From: Oopsacas minuta
Lineage: Eukaryota > Animalia > Porifera
Direction of reading: 5' to 3'
Assembly (NCBI GenBank): GCA_024704765.1
Contig: JAKMXF010000312.1
Coordinates: forward strand, 260,208-324,207
DNA: 64,000 nucleotides
Shown here: positions 36,395-49,384 of the stretch, one piece after another
How positions within the stretch are numbered: position 1 is the stretch's first letter
Layout of the letters: the number at the start of each line of letters is the position of its first letter
Notes under the pieces: model-generated
Told to the model about the DNA's origin: nothing
Database searches by the model: none
What the model saw: only the letters and a program-made list of their open reading frames with translations
Translations under genes and position numbers: made by a program

Positions 36395-37690
36395 AACTCT
36401 TAACTCAATCACTTTACTAATATTAATCTGATAGTATATTCCTTATTAATAATTATTCTACTCATAATAGTCTCAAGCATTAAGTTACTATCTATTTTAA
36501 TAATATCTATTTTTAGCTACATGTAAGATTTTTTGAGTATAAACCTATGGACAGTTGAAATTCCTTTTTCCTTACAGAATTCGTTGTATTTGACAGTTAA
36601 CCGAAGGAAAAATTCGAATTTGGCGGTAATGAGTCCGTATCGCTACGTATGTATGTAATTGTGTGCAAAATCATATTTTGAAGTTGAACTTAACCCCTTA
36701 TGAAAATAGGTATGTGTTATATCTACACTTGATTATTCTCAAATATTGTAAGTGATTTCATTCATTAACTTTTCGTTTCTTTTTTCGGATATCTCGTGTT
36801 CCCGTTCCCCCGTTTAATTCCTGTATCTCCTTTCTGGGGGCTCTTCCTTCTAGAACTTTTCGTCTGTTGCAGAGAAGTAAACAAATTTTCAAATTGGTCC
36901 TTGAGAGAATCGTTACTCTCAAAAAGATCCAAAAGACATTTGATTAAATCAGCGTCTCTGAGTACAGCCTGGAATTCTTCAGTCTTGCTCTGAACATTGC
37001 TAATATGCTTAACGGCTGATACAATTAACTCCAAGTCTGTGTCTTCATTAGCTACTATGTGTATCATAGAAGTGAGAGCTCTAGCAAGTGTGTCAGGTTC
37101 CTTGCTAGTCCAGTGTAGCAGCAAGCTCTGTACACCTGAAGAATCTTGTAATGTTGTTAGCAGAGCTTTGAGAATTGGTCCCTCAGGGCTGTGTGGTTTG
37201 AGGTATAAAATTAGACTGGTTAGGGATTCGAATTGGTTCCCGTTGGGCTGGAGAGATGAGACACGATCGGTAAGACATCTGTATCAGGAACACTCTCTGC
37301 TTCCATTAGCTTCCAAACACAATTGTTCAAAAGCTTCCCACTCCAAACTCACTAATAATAGCTAAACAAAATTGATTACAGATAAGGTCTCTATTTTTGT
37401 ATTAAGAAATTGTATAGGAAATTTTTCGGATAAGACTTACAATAGACTCTCGTTATAAAGAAGTGCTCGAGACCCCAGTTACATTTCGGTATAAGCGGAG
37501 TTAATCAATTACTTTCGAGTTATAGGGGCTAAAGAATCACTTCGTTACAACAGGAGTTCACTGTTTCCCTATGGGTTACGTCTTATCCGAGAGTATTACT
37601 GTAGTTTTGAGATGTTATTTACTTGTTCTGAATTAGTTTGACCGAATATACAAAATTCCTGCATTGTCAGTCCACATATTAGCTTGTAGG

Positions 37691-38357
37691 CAACGTTTCT
37701 TAACCTTTTCATACCTCAGCACCCCTGACATGATACTACAAGTAGTACAGTGCCCCTCTGTAACTGTAACAAGGATGAAATAAGAAAGTAATACACTGTT
37801 TCATAATTGATTGTATTTACATAAATTACTCCATTAAAAATCCAACTCAATCAGAAAGAAAATGTAACTTTAGACATCACGAACATACCTCCAGGATTAT
37901 TCAGGAGGGCAGAGAAACCAAATTTGACATATTCACCACTCCATTTGCGTATTTTTGACATTTTAGAATTTACTGATACCTAAATCACAAAATACTTATA
38001 TGGAATCCAGTTCCATAGAACTGAACCGGCTGTACTTTACGCACAGTTTTATTTTTCAGCTTATGGGTCCGTTTTAAATACCGATTTCCTTATATGGAAG
38101 TTCAGTTCCATGGAACTGGATTCCATATATCACAAATCTGTGACAGACAAGAACACAAGTAAGTAACACAGAAAGGAATATAGATTAAATACAACTAATT
38201 TATAGCCAGACATTACTATATTTAGTAAAGACAGCTGAATGTTTCGATATTAATCCTGAAGCATCTGCCAGCCTGAAATGTTATCTAGAATCTAAACAAA
38301 AACATCGTACAGCACATAGTAGAATCCTTATCCAGCACCCCAGGTTAAGAAACGCTG
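37691..38357. mobile_element. Non-autonomous hAT (Charlie-like) element inserted in an INTS3 exon
   Basis: TIRs caacgtttcttaacct / aggttaagaaacgctg with a degenerate target duplication (ttgtagg / ttgtggg). Internal minus-strand remnant RKWSGEYVKFGF resembles Charlie/Buster transposase N-termini. Contains an inverted-repeat MITE at ~37997-38129. Confidence 0.7.
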
Positions 38358-38628
38358 TTGTGGGAGCTAGAAGGATTTAGATTAGCCATAACTACTCTCA
38401 ATTCGTCACCGTTACCGGCCATATGATCTGAACATTCTTTATATAACCTAGGCAACAACTTAAAGAATGTATCAATAACCATTTCAGCACCTAAGGCGAG
38501 GTCTTTAACTAGTGGTCATTTTTGTCCTCCGCGCCAATGTAATCGAAATATATCTTAAAATCTTCTTGGAAAACAGTATCTCACAGGATAGTAAACAAAA
38601 TTATGCAAAATTTTGCCATAACAAACGT

Positions 38629-38709
38629 CCAATGTTCTGAAACATGTTCAGATGTTTCAGAACATTTGACGTTTGTTCTGAAACATCTGAACATGTTTCA
38701 GAACATTGG
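38629..38709. repeat. Perfect 36-bp inverted repeat with 9-bp spacer; each arm internally palindromic
   Basis: ccaatgttctgaaacatgttcagatgtttcagaaca / tttgacgtt / exact reverse complement. Confidence 0.92.
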
Positions 38710-38974
38710 AATTTTGAATTTCTAAAAAATTTCCTGAAAAAAAGTTTTTTGTGAAGCAAAAATTTATATAATTTGAGTTTTTCAAATTCAAATCTTTTTT
38801 AATATTCATAAACGTCCCTATGCCTTCTACACGGTCTCCAATTTTTATCAAGATCCAACAACGAGAAGTCCATCAAAGTTACAACTGAGGTGTGCTCAAG
38901 AAAATCCTGCGCTAACTTCACACTCGTTCTATTGGGGCGTACTCAGCACTTATAGTTATGTGGTTTGAGGACAA

Positions 38975-40264
38975 AATTAGTGAATGCTAGCCAAAATCCA
39001 AAATATTTCAGAAAGGTTTTATGATAGAGCTGTAAATTTTTTCCACATATTGGTAAGATAGAGAACTATCGAAAAAATGAAATAGCATCACTTTGGGGGG
39101 TAAACGGGAAACTGTTGAAATGCAGAATAAACCATCCACTTCAAGCTACCAATGTTTTCACTTTTACCAGCTCAATTATCTAGTATTATCTTGTGTAACT
39201 AGTTTGAATGTTTCCATATCCTACTCGATTGGTAACTATAATTTCGATAGAACGCGAGTCCATCTATAACACCCTTATTCCAATTCTTCACACAATATTT
39301 CAATTATCTATTCCTCTTATAGGCATGTTATACAACTTGCTATTCTCTCCTTAATGAATATTGTTCTATTCATCTCTAATATACATCGTGATGTTCAACA
39401 CTTTGTGAATATTTTTCTATTAAGTTCTTGTTTTTGTTGTTCTACATATACGTGTATACATATGCTACTAGTTGTATATCCTTGTGTTCTAATGGATCAT
39501 GAGACATGTTTAATGATAGTTGTAATTGGTTGTATACGAATCAGTTTTATATTATTCTCAAAACAAAAAAATATTGCTGGATTTGAGAAATACACTGAAA
39601 TGTCATTAATACAAACACGGTTACTATGAATTACCAGATAAGACGAACAAATATTCGTACAAAATCAGTTCCCTACAATCGCTATTCTACTAGAATTACT
39701 CCAGGTGATGCGAACTCCGGATAAGGTGACCGTCCGCTGGTGTTCGTATAAATGCGGTTCCACTGTATTCTCTTTCAATTTGTTTCTGTGAGTTATTGTA
39801 TTTACAGTATTTACTCTTAGCTTGTTATATCTTACTGTTTGTTCGGTAATGTACAGCTGATTGGATTAATAACATTGAATGTTTCGTATGTAAATTGTAA
39901 CGATTCAAGAATATAATTGAAAAATTTCATAGGTACCGAGGTTTAAGGTATGGCCTCTGCTGAAGTATACATACCGAATATCTGGCTCAGGATTGTTGAA
40001 AATAAATTCATTATTTCCATAAACGTATAAAACTATTCGATAAATACCAGCAGGAATATCTAATATGATTGTTTGCCTTTCCATTTCCCTGATATAATAG
40101 GTTTGTGAGGTGTAGTTGATAATCGAATTATCGATACAATCCTGAATAAGTGAGTTAACATTTGCGGGATCGCTTGTTGTAATATCACAACGTAATCTTT
40201 GGCTAGATATCAGTGAGATAGTTCCACAGAATAGCAAAAGAATGGCAGAAATACAAATGAACAT
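38975..40264 (-). pseudogene. Degenerate secreted LRR-like protein gene (signal peptide intact), copy 1
   Basis: ORF 39905..40264 starts with a signal peptide (MFICISAILLLFCGTISLISS) and then breaks. Downstream sequence is homologous to 60250-61990, where frame-hopping gives LRR-like phrases (LNMSH, IEQYSFS, DNIGELEWNGF). Confidence 0.5.
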
Positions 40265-41370
40265 GTTTAGATAGTTTCATTGTTGAATACAAGCAAATAT
40301 ATATTGTTCATACTTGTTTTTCCCGTATTTATGGTATTCTGGAATCAAATCTGTATATTCACATGATGTCTTACGTAATTCTGAACTGCGATGGAAACTA
40401 TGAGAACTATTGGGATTACTATTCAGCCAAAAAAATGTAAGATCCTTTCTTGTACTCTAATGGATGGATGAGAACAGAATTTTATTCATTATTCACGAAT
40501 ATGGAATTTCAACTGCCTTATACACCTACATTTATTGCCATTCCAGACATAGCTATCAATTCCAAGTTGGCCAAGGTGGCACGCACCGTTGGGCACACCA
40601 TCACCGATTTCTAAAGGGCCAACTCAGGTAGTACTTAGTTTATGGTGATCCGCACCAGTGCAGTTGGTGCACACAATTTATGAGATTGATAAACGAATTG
40701 TTTTCAATGTTTGTTTATATTAACAAAATACGCCGAGCCTTATTAACTGAAAATATTCTCTTGTGTGAATACTACGTATATACGTATGTGATTCGCAAAT
40801 GGTGCCAGCACACCGCCATAGGTTGTATCCTGGCTACGCCACTGTCTTGATTTATATTCAAACGAGCCTTTGGCTTGTCGCTTCGCGATAATCTCGGCGC
40901 ATTGTGCCTCGAGGTAATCAACGGACAAACAAACGAACAGACAAACAACAATTGAGATTTTAAAATATTGTTGTTTACAATATTCAGACTCAGTATAGTC
41001 GATTACCCCAGAATAGTCATTGAAAGTCTGATTCTACCTCAATTTTGAAATTTGATTACTTTGTATTCATAAAAACAAACAATAAATTTACATATGAAAA
41101 ACTTGAAAAATGCGAAATTCGGTTTCAGCGTACTTAGTTATCACTGGGTAGTCGTTTATAGCAAGGGTATACGTATATTTTGAGATTTGGCTAATTTGAT
41201 AACATTATATTCATAAAAACAACAATAAATTTATATATGATTAATCCAAAAGTGTAAAAATCGGATTCAGCATGTTCGATATATTTAGTGAAGTTCTATT
41301 GAATTTTATTCACTTCCTTGATAAACACGATAAATTCTAGTTATGCGACAATTTCCAAATTGCATATCGT

Positions 41371-41871
41371 CTAGGGTGCGACCCGTAAAGCCCATGGTCC
41401 GTGGCCCGCTATCAAAGCCCGCGGCCCGCATATTTATTCCACCAGCCCGTGATTTAGGAAATTTGTTTATTTTATGGCACTGTGGCTGAATTCGTGAATG
41501 TATTCTCAAAGAATTGAGAATTCCTATAAATTCCGCGTTATAAGATGCGGGAAATCGTGTGCGCAAATAGTATATATATGAAACTTTATATATATGCAAC
41601 ACTTTGATTGTTTCGTTAGTTACAGATAACACTGACAAGATTCTACCTCTCTATGAGGATTATTAGATTAAACGAAAATAACATTTATAATACTTGTGAT
41701 ACTTACGTATACTAAAATAGTAATAATTTCATGACCTAATTCTATAAAGTATATTCATCATCTGTAAAATTGTTCTTTTTGACTCTTTTCAGCCCGTTTT
41801 GTGCCCGCGGCCCGTGGAAAAAAGCCCGCAGCCCGTGATTTACAATAAAGCCCGCACGGGTTGCACCCTAG
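41371..41871. mobile_element. hAT-type MITE, 501 bp, with perfect 8-bp TSD CATATCGT
   Basis: TIR ctagggtgcgacccgt / acgggttgcaccctag, subterminal agcccg repeats, and catatcgt on both sides. Confidence 0.9.
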
Positions 41872-42205
41872 CATATCGTAAATCCTTTCCTTGGCAACAG
41901 ACAAACAATAATTGAGATTTAATAATATAGATTTGTTATTTGTTTCACATTTAGAGAATATTTTATTATGACAGTTGTCAAACATTAGTATTGAGTTTTC
42001 GCTTTGGTGTTAATCAATTATAATTATTTTATAGATAAATCTCTTGAATATCTAGTAAATACCTCATGAATAACTTCTCATTATACTAATCGTGAATATT
42101 ATATTGACTACATTTGGGCTGGATAACTACCTTCCTCTAGCCTTGCAAAGGAGTTTGAGATTTAGAGAGGGCACTGTTTTGACGAAATGGCCTCTGCCGT
42201 ATGAA

Positions 42206-42561
42206 CAGAGCCGGATTAAGCAGTTCTGAAGCCCTGGGCTAAATATTCAATGAGACCCTCGAACCCTTTTACCCCTAAAATGTATACAGGAGTAAATTTG
42301 TTAGATATATTTCACTAAAGTTTTGTAGAATTCATTATAGAATAAAATTGCATGACATCCATCAAAAATTAACTTTTTGAGACTTCATTGCAACAAATGT
42401 CCTTAGTACATCCTCAAATTAAACTTTTTTGAGTAGTTCGCTTTCAAATGACATGAGAGATAGGTAATTAAGTCTTACCTTAAGCTGGAATTCAGGGGCC
42501 CCCTTTTGTCTCGGGGCCCCTGGGCTGCAGCCCAGTTAGCCCATTGGATAATCTGGCCCTG
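42206..42561. mobile_element. hAT-type MITE with perfect 8-bp TSD CGTATGAA
   Basis: TIR cagagccggatta / taatctggccctg, with cgtatgaa on both flanks. Confidence 0.88.
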
Positions 42562-42788
42562 CGTATGAATATTCGTTATTTAATTTTATTGTAAAAAACT
42601 ACTGTAACTAATTTTGGCCATATCATGAATAATTATAATTCAGTTGTCCATTACATCAGTGCTTCTCAAACTTTTTTATGTCGCGGCCCCAAAGTTTCTC
42701 CATTACAATTCCACGGACCCCTGCTTGTTGGTCTCATTTTTAGTAAATATAATTTGTTTTTATTATTGTATTATATCAGTGTTAAGTA

Positions 42789-43722
42789 CAGTCTGTTTCA
42801 AAAGTATTGGCAGTAGTTCATATTTCATATTTCCTAAGCCTATTCAATTGTGTGATTGTATTATCTATTGATCTTTTCGATATTGCATACTTAGATAGTC
42901 ATCATGAAATTTATCATTAATCATGATGGACTTTCTTAATGTTTACTTCGATTCAGATATTTGAAACGGGGAATTTTGAGGCATAAAATTTCCCACCGCC
43001 ACAGCTGCCAATTTGATCTCACTTAATAAAACAAATTATATTTTAGCCCTATTTGTAGCTAAATGTCGCAATTAGAACAGAGGAAGAAAATCAAAATATT
43101 TATTGATGCAGGTATTACTTCAGCGAAGGAAATCTCTACTAAAACAGGGATACCATTGAGGACAATTTTTCGTATACAATCTATACTTCGTGAAGGCAAA
43201 AGCATAACATATAAAAGTGTTAGTGGGCGTCCCAAGGCTATCACATATTCACACAAACAATCAATTATACGAACGTTAAATTCTCATTCTAAGATCTCTA
43301 TACGTTCTGTACACGCGAATCTCTCTTCGAAGTACGCCGATGCTCCGTCAACTTCAACAGTCTACCAGGCAACTCGTGCTTGTGGATTTAACTTTAAACA
43401 ACCTGTTATGGGACCACTCATTACCCCATTAATAGCTAAAAACAGAGTTGAATGGTGTAAAGATCATGTGAATTATTGTTGGGAGAATGTATTCTTCACA
43501 GACGAATGTTCTATTTGGTTAAATCGGGGAAGTGTTAGCATGTGGACTAAAGCAAAAGAAAATCCTATTCTGAAGGTTCAACAGCACACACCAAAATTAC
43601 ACGTTTGGGGAGGGATTTCTTCCATGGGAACCACAATATTGAAGATATTTACTTCTAATTTTGTCTCCAAATTGTTTATTGATACTCTGAATGAGGGAAT
43701 CCATTTCTACACGAAATGCTAA
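42789..43722 (+). mobile_element. Tc1/mariner (IS630-Tc1) transposon, 3'-truncated transposase
   Basis: Left end ta|cagtctgtttcaaaagtattgg. ORF 43063..43722 has an HTH region (ISTKTGIPLRTIFR, SGRPKAIT) and DDE motifs FFTDECS and KLHVWGGIS, and breaks before the second Asp. Confidence 0.88.
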
Positions 43723-43879
43723 AACATATGAAAACCTCATAATGGTAAGTACACATTGTAATTACAAACTAAATAAATCAACCAGTCACCCTTTATTCCA
43801 ATTTAGAGCGAAAGTGGGAGCCGGAAAAGGGCTGAGAGGAGGCGGCAACAACGCCAGCGCCGCAAGCTAAAGATTAGGC

Positions 43880-44480
43880 TTGAACATGTTGTCAGTGGTA
43901 ATTGGGTGCATAGAGTCCGATTTTGAGAAATTCCGAGTCCGAAAGTTACATATTCACAGATTATGATATGAATAATCATATTTTACACCTCTGTATATTT
44001 TTCAAAATCATGCTAGAGATTTCGTTTTAACCACCAGTATGGTATAATAGAGTAGTTAGATTACAATTTTGACATTTTAAAACTACATATAAATTATTTA
44101 TCATATGATTAATCACACTTCGCAACTTTTGCATTTTATTCATAAGATGTTAGGTATGTAGTTTTAACATAATTAATCATATTAAATATGATTAATCATA
44201 CACAAACAAATAATCCTAACTTGCACTCCCAGTCTGCCTCAGTTGGACATTTTGTATTGATAAGCAAGTAAAATATGAAACTGATTCGCATACAAACAAT
44301 CATAACTATCATTAAACATGTCTCATTGTCTATTTATAACACAAGAATATACAAATAGTAATATATGCATACACGTATATGTATAACAACAATACAAGAA
44401 TCTTAATTGAGAAGTATCCACAAATGTTTAAACATCACGATGTATATTAGAGATGAATAGAACAATATTCATTTAGTAGT
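43880..44480 (+). repeat. About 600-bp duplicate of 60990-61600 (TE-like segment plus LRR pseudogene segment)
   Basis: Alignable throughout: gattagg.tt.aacatgttgtca..ggtaatt..., catgctagagatttcgtt, aaacaaataatcct...tgcactcccagt, catgtctcatt...gatgaatagaacaatattcatttag. Confidence 0.8.
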
Positions 44481-44909
44481 ATATTTTACATGGCCTTACT
44501 TCTGTGATTATTCAATTTACTACAGAACTAGTACGTGTATTGTGTTTTATGCTCTTTGTATTATTAACAAACTTTGCTTCATATTTTAATATCGTTTTTG
44601 TGTGGTAACAGCACTAATTAATGGGGCGGAAGGCCTGTTGGCCTGGACCTCAAGGTCCAAGATGCCTCAGTCATTATTTCAACGAATAATTAAATAATCA
44701 TCACCATATGACTTTAATATATCATTATGTACCCATTTAGGAAATGATTGCAGACTGGCCCTGGCCTTTTGATTGGAAAATCCTATTTCCCTCAAATATC
44801 AGCCTTCATTTTCATAATCCTTACTAAAGGAGTGTAGTTAATACCAAAGAGCTATTTAGAACAACTGCGGGAGCTAATTTCATAATGTATCATAATCATA
44901 TAATAGGGG

Positions 44910-45340
44910 GTTTCTTCTTTATACTGATGTGTTTGGGTTAGTGCTTGTCTGGGAAGTCGAAGTTTCCTACGTGTTGTTTTTGGTCTAATGTTGATAAAGA
45001 ATGTTTCCTCTCCTAGAAATTGTGACCAGTTTTCATTCTTTCGTTTAACGATTTTACTAGGGCTTTGATTAATGGCCTTATGAGACGGCTCAACTAATTC
45101 ATGAGTTTACGGATGATAGAGAGTTGCAAATACTACCTTACAATCATAAGTTTCATGCAATGATTTGCATATTTTTTATAACTGGAGCTCATTGCCTGCA
45201 ATAAATTGAGGATTTACTTCATGCAACATCTCTTCAGTGGATAAGTTTTTATCCATCTGGTATAATGATATATCATCTTAAGATAAATTTGTGAGACATT
45301 AGCTTAAACACATATCAGAAAGGAGGGACAGTTGGTAAGT
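44910..45340 (-). mobile_element. Degenerate Gypsy/Ginger-type integrase core remnant
   Basis: FIAGNELQL*KICKSLHETYDCKVVFATLYHP*THELVEPSHKAINQS...NWSQFL...FFINIRPKTT aligns by eye to the rve pattern DQGxEF...TAYHPQTNGLVER...NW..L..FA.N; contains internal stops. Confidence 0.7.
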
Positions 45341-45609
45341 ATCAAGGTTGCAATTGAATAGTTCAATATTCGGTTACCAACCGAATAATATCAGTATTCG
45401 GTCAAGCAACTATTCATGAATACTGATATTCGGTTCGATCGGTTTCAACCTTGGTAGGTATGAAGTTAATAATAGTTTATGCATAGTTTCAAAATAGATA
45501 AATGTCCATGGTTAGTTACTTCTTAGGGGGACCATTTTCGTCACAACAAGGGGGATAGAAATCCATAAATGCAACAATTATGGCAAACGATACATAGAAA
45601 TTCTAGTAT

Positions 45610-46170
45610 AATATAGAACTATATACAGTGGCTTATACATATTGTGTGTATAGAGTATAATATATCTATTACAAGTATCCGTATTACATAATGTGTGTCA
45701 AAATATATTTCAAATATTATTAGACACTGTTCTTATGCGAATAGATTTCAATTACACATAATACAGTAAACTCTCGTTATAACGAAGTGCTACGAACAGC
45801 GGATTCATTTCGTTGAAAGCTTGCAAGCTATGGGACGGCAGTTCACAACCTGGGTTCACTCATTTTTCTATGGATATCCTGTATCAGAAAAATATTTACA
45901 GAAAATATATAAATCTTAAAAATAAGTCGGGCACACTGAGAACATTCCAGTATCTACACACATACACATTGCATTTGGTAGTCATTTGATGACTGAAAGA
46001 GCACAAAACTTTGGTGAACACCCTTTCTCTTCAAAAGTACGTCGAACTTTTGCAACCGAATTTCAACCACAACCACCAACATAACCTCCTCTTCCACCAC
46101 CTCCTCCAAATCCTCCACCAACCAAATGATAGCTATTTCTTCCCCATCTACTACTACTACTATCTGGTTC
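45610..46170 (-). repeat. Duplicate of the upstream flank of the NHL family-B gene (55445-55915; partial copy at 48540-48670)
   Basis: Shared aatatagaactatatacagtggcttatacatattgtgtgtatagagtataat...cagtaaactctcg...gactgaaagagcacaaaac, but no NHL CDS adjoins it here. Confidence 0.85.
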
Positions 46171-46430
46171 ATTTGGTTTTTCCCAATCTTTCCTACAACA
46201 CACTAATATGCATGAAAAACAAAATAATATACATCAATGGACCAATACCAATACACGATAGCACTACCGAAAAAGGAGGAATAAATTCCAACCAAAAGAC
46301 CAATATCACCACTACATGTACAGATAACTACAAGTGTTATTCCGGGAGTAATCAATGGTAAACCAAGAATATATTTTATTAAACAAATAACAAATCTCCT
46401 AAAGAATCGATTATATGAATCTTCATCCTT
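46063..46430 (-). pseudogene. Small membrane protein with Cys motif and Gly-rich tail, frameshifted
   Basis: KDEDSYNRFFRRFVICLIKYILGLPLITPGITLVVICTCSGDIGLLVGIYSSFFGSAIV / CIGIGPLMYIILF / CILVCCRKDWEKPNEPDSSSSRWGRNSYHLVGGGFGGGGGRGGYVGGGCG*; needs two frame changes. A remnant tail lies at ~55850-55915. Confidence 0.5.
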
Positions 46431-47239
46431 GAAAGTTTAATTAATAATAATTTTGTAAATTAATAATCAGTGGCTAATATGTATTGTCTAGTTTCCCCAA
46501 GTAATGTAGATACAAATATCTGTAAGCAGGGTTTCATGCAGCAATTCTGAACCATACACCTAAAACTTTCCACCTCAATTTTACGCGCACCTAGAGTATA
46601 CATATAGTATTACGATATGGGATCTTGCTCGAATTTTGACGCGCCTAGATCTATATTCGCTGAAATTCATGCACCTGTAGGCGCGTTGCATGCGCCTGGA
46701 TGAAACCCTGTCTGTAAGCATACGTCTGAACTAATTAAGAGGCTAGGTTATCCTTAGTATTAGCCTACGTCATTGCAATAAACTTCTTAGCACACGTTAT
46801 TGCAGGGACTGGGGACAGTTTAAGTTAGTACATGGTGTGTAGTGCAGCATAGGACCACCGGAAATATACTAGCGACCACACGTGTCCAAGAGGCCAAATT
46901 CTGACCCCAACTCCCTGTGTGGCATTTCACCGTTTGTAATACAAAAAGAATGAGGCTGTCACACATCACATACCACTCCCCCTCCACTTGTTGCGTTACG
47001 TAACGTTTGAACGGCCCCTTTGCCATAGAATATACTCTATATGTTACAGTTTTACTGAATAGGCAGTCAAGAATTAACGAGATTAGTAGTATATGTATGG
47101 AAATATTAGCTGTGACTGAATACTATAATTGTTCAGGGTATATTTTCATATAAGAATACATAGAGATAAATACATGTAGGATAGTCAAAAGTTAGTAGAA
47201 TAAATATATGAAACATAGATAGTAAGAAAAGAGAGAAAC

Positions 47240-48519
47240 TCAGAAATGTGAGACGAGCTGTATCATGTAATGTTCCTTATAACTTACTGTTAGAATAAAA
47301 CATAAGTCATCCACTGCTATACTCGCTAGTTCAGTGAATTCTCCTGGAGCTGATCCTTCTTTACCGAATTAGTAATCAGTTTGCCTTCATTTGTGAATAT
47401 TTTGACTTCAGAAGTTCCTCTATCAGCTACGAGTATGTTGTGTTGTTGATCAAGACAGAAATACAAAACTTCATCCAACAAATCTTTGTGTACAACACAT
47501 CTAATTAGTATGCCTTGTTTAGAGAATGCTTTAATAGGATAATCTGTGTTAGTAAAAGCTATGTAGAATACATCTCTAGCTAGTGATATATCTCGTAACA
47601 GAGTATCTTCTCCTTTGAATTGAGTGTTAAGAGTTATTCTACTTTCTTCTATCAATTCAGGTGTTAGGACTGTTAGCTGTATATTCTCCCGTTCACCCAC
47701 AAAGATATAAGTATTATCTGTACACATTCCTGATGGGGAATAGCCAAGATATTTCCAAGATTCGTTCTCAAAGGTTGATTTGTTGAATTTACAGATTTCC
47801 TCGGGGCATTGTACAATGATGGAGTCAGATAGAATGAGAATATTCTCTGGACTAGCAATATCATCATCTTCTAGAGATTGAATCAATTCTCCATTTCCAG
47901 AGAATATCAGAACTCTGTCAGACTCCCAATCAGCTACATATATTCTATCATAGATAGAATCTATTGCTACATCATGTGGAATACATATCTGTTCATTTAG
48001 CTTGCCTATGTCACCAAAATTTGACTTCAAGGGAATATGAATATCTTCTCCAAACTCCACAATTCTCTGTTGACATGTACACAGTGTGTTAATACTCTCC
48101 CTCAACTCATTAACTTTCCATTTCAAGTTCACGTAAGGAATATCAATATTCATTCCTCTTTTCACGGATTCTATAGATTCATTGATTTAGTCGAAACAGG
48201 GAATTTGGTTCAATTTTTTGAAGATTCTTTCCATTTCTGTTTTGTATTTGTTTAACTCTTCGATTTCCTTATAAATTTCATCTTTTTTCTGATTCATTCG
48301 TTTGTTAGCTTCATCCCAGATTGCTTCCAGTTCCCTGAGAATCAGTTGTGTCTTCTGTTCTATCAGTTGTTTCATTTCCTCACCAACATTCCTCATAAGT
48401 GTCTTCTTGCTGTCAATCACGTCTCTCAATATATTAATTCTGTCCTGTAGCTTGTTGCCCACAGGCATCAAGCTATCAGGTCCAGAGGCTGGAATTTCGT
48501 GTATCAATGCAGTTGCCAT
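47240..48519 (-). pseudogene. Coiled-coil + NHL protein, family B, pseudogene copy
   Basis: Paralog of 54130..55410 with an in-frame CAA>TAA stop at 48187-48189 and a 1-bp deletion near 47371 (ccgaattagt vs ccgaatttagt). Confidence 0.85.
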
Positions 48520-49384
48520 TTTCACATATATTTCAATATAAAGCTAATACTATGATAATATAGAACTATATACAGTGGCTTATACATATTGTGTGTATAG
48601 AGTATAATATATCTACTACAAGTATCCGTATCATATAATGTGTGTCTAAATATATCTCATATATTATTAGACAGTGTTCCAGTGTTGCAGCAGTCGGGGA
48701 ATATCATGGACCGGACAGGACCCTGATCGTTAGTTTCTGTACAGTCTAGACCGATAACCGATAACACCCTGGTTAATTCATGTTCAGCCGCAGTAAGGTT
48801 TTTGGAAAGGTTTGTGGACCATCAGCATCAACACATGTCTGAATAAGCGTGATATTAGTATATTGACTCAGCATCAAATCGTTGACTTACTATCTTAGCA
48901 TATACGATCGCGCTTCGCTTGCTCGTGCTCTGCGGTTGCGAACAATTCGTGTCCACTCGGGCCTACGGCCATTGAGAACAAAATCTTAACCATACCAAAC
49001 ATGATACTGCCATAATCTTCAAGTCTGCTTACTTTATATCCCAAAAGTGAACAAATGTTAATGAAATGTTGTTTACAATATCATATTTGGACTCATTACA
49101 CAATAGACACAATTTTTGTGGCGTCATCAACCACGAAAATCATCAATGCAAGAGGGAAAATTAAAGCTCCATATATGGATATAACACAAATAGGTTTTGA
49201 CTTGGCAGGTATGCACAGGGTTTCATCTAGTATTTCTGAACCATACGTCTAAATCATCTCCCTCATTTTTACGCCTGTAGAGCATACATATAGTATTACG
49301 GTATGGGATCTTGCTCGAATTTTGACGCGCCTAGATCTATATTCACCGAAATTGATGCGCCTGTAGGCGCGTCGTATACGCCAT

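Larger units (their letters stand above)
36765..38960 (-). pseudogene. INTS3: Integrator subunit 3 C-terminal region, disrupted
   Basis: Collinear pieces: FSLLDL/LIKIGDRVEGIG; LVKDLALGAEMVIDTFFKLLPRLYK/ECSDH...LNPSSSH, then the insertion, then KLICGLTMQEFCIFG; LLLVSLEWEAFEQ/CVWKLMEAESVP...LLLHWTSK...LKDQFENLF. They match INTS3 (SLDWETFEQYCAWQL, LRHW, KFSDLF). At least 3 frameshifts and one TE inside an exon. Confidence 0.75.

Noticed and set aside
45095-45180. RING-H2-like plus-strand reading HEFTDDRELQILPYNHKFHAMIC
   Set aside because: The opposite strand gives a much longer collinear integrase match over the same bases, and key Cys residues are missing.
48187-48189. Stop-codon readthrough or selenocysteine in the NHL-B copy
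   Set aside because: The stop is TAA, not TGA, and a second lesion (1-bp deletion) lies downstream.
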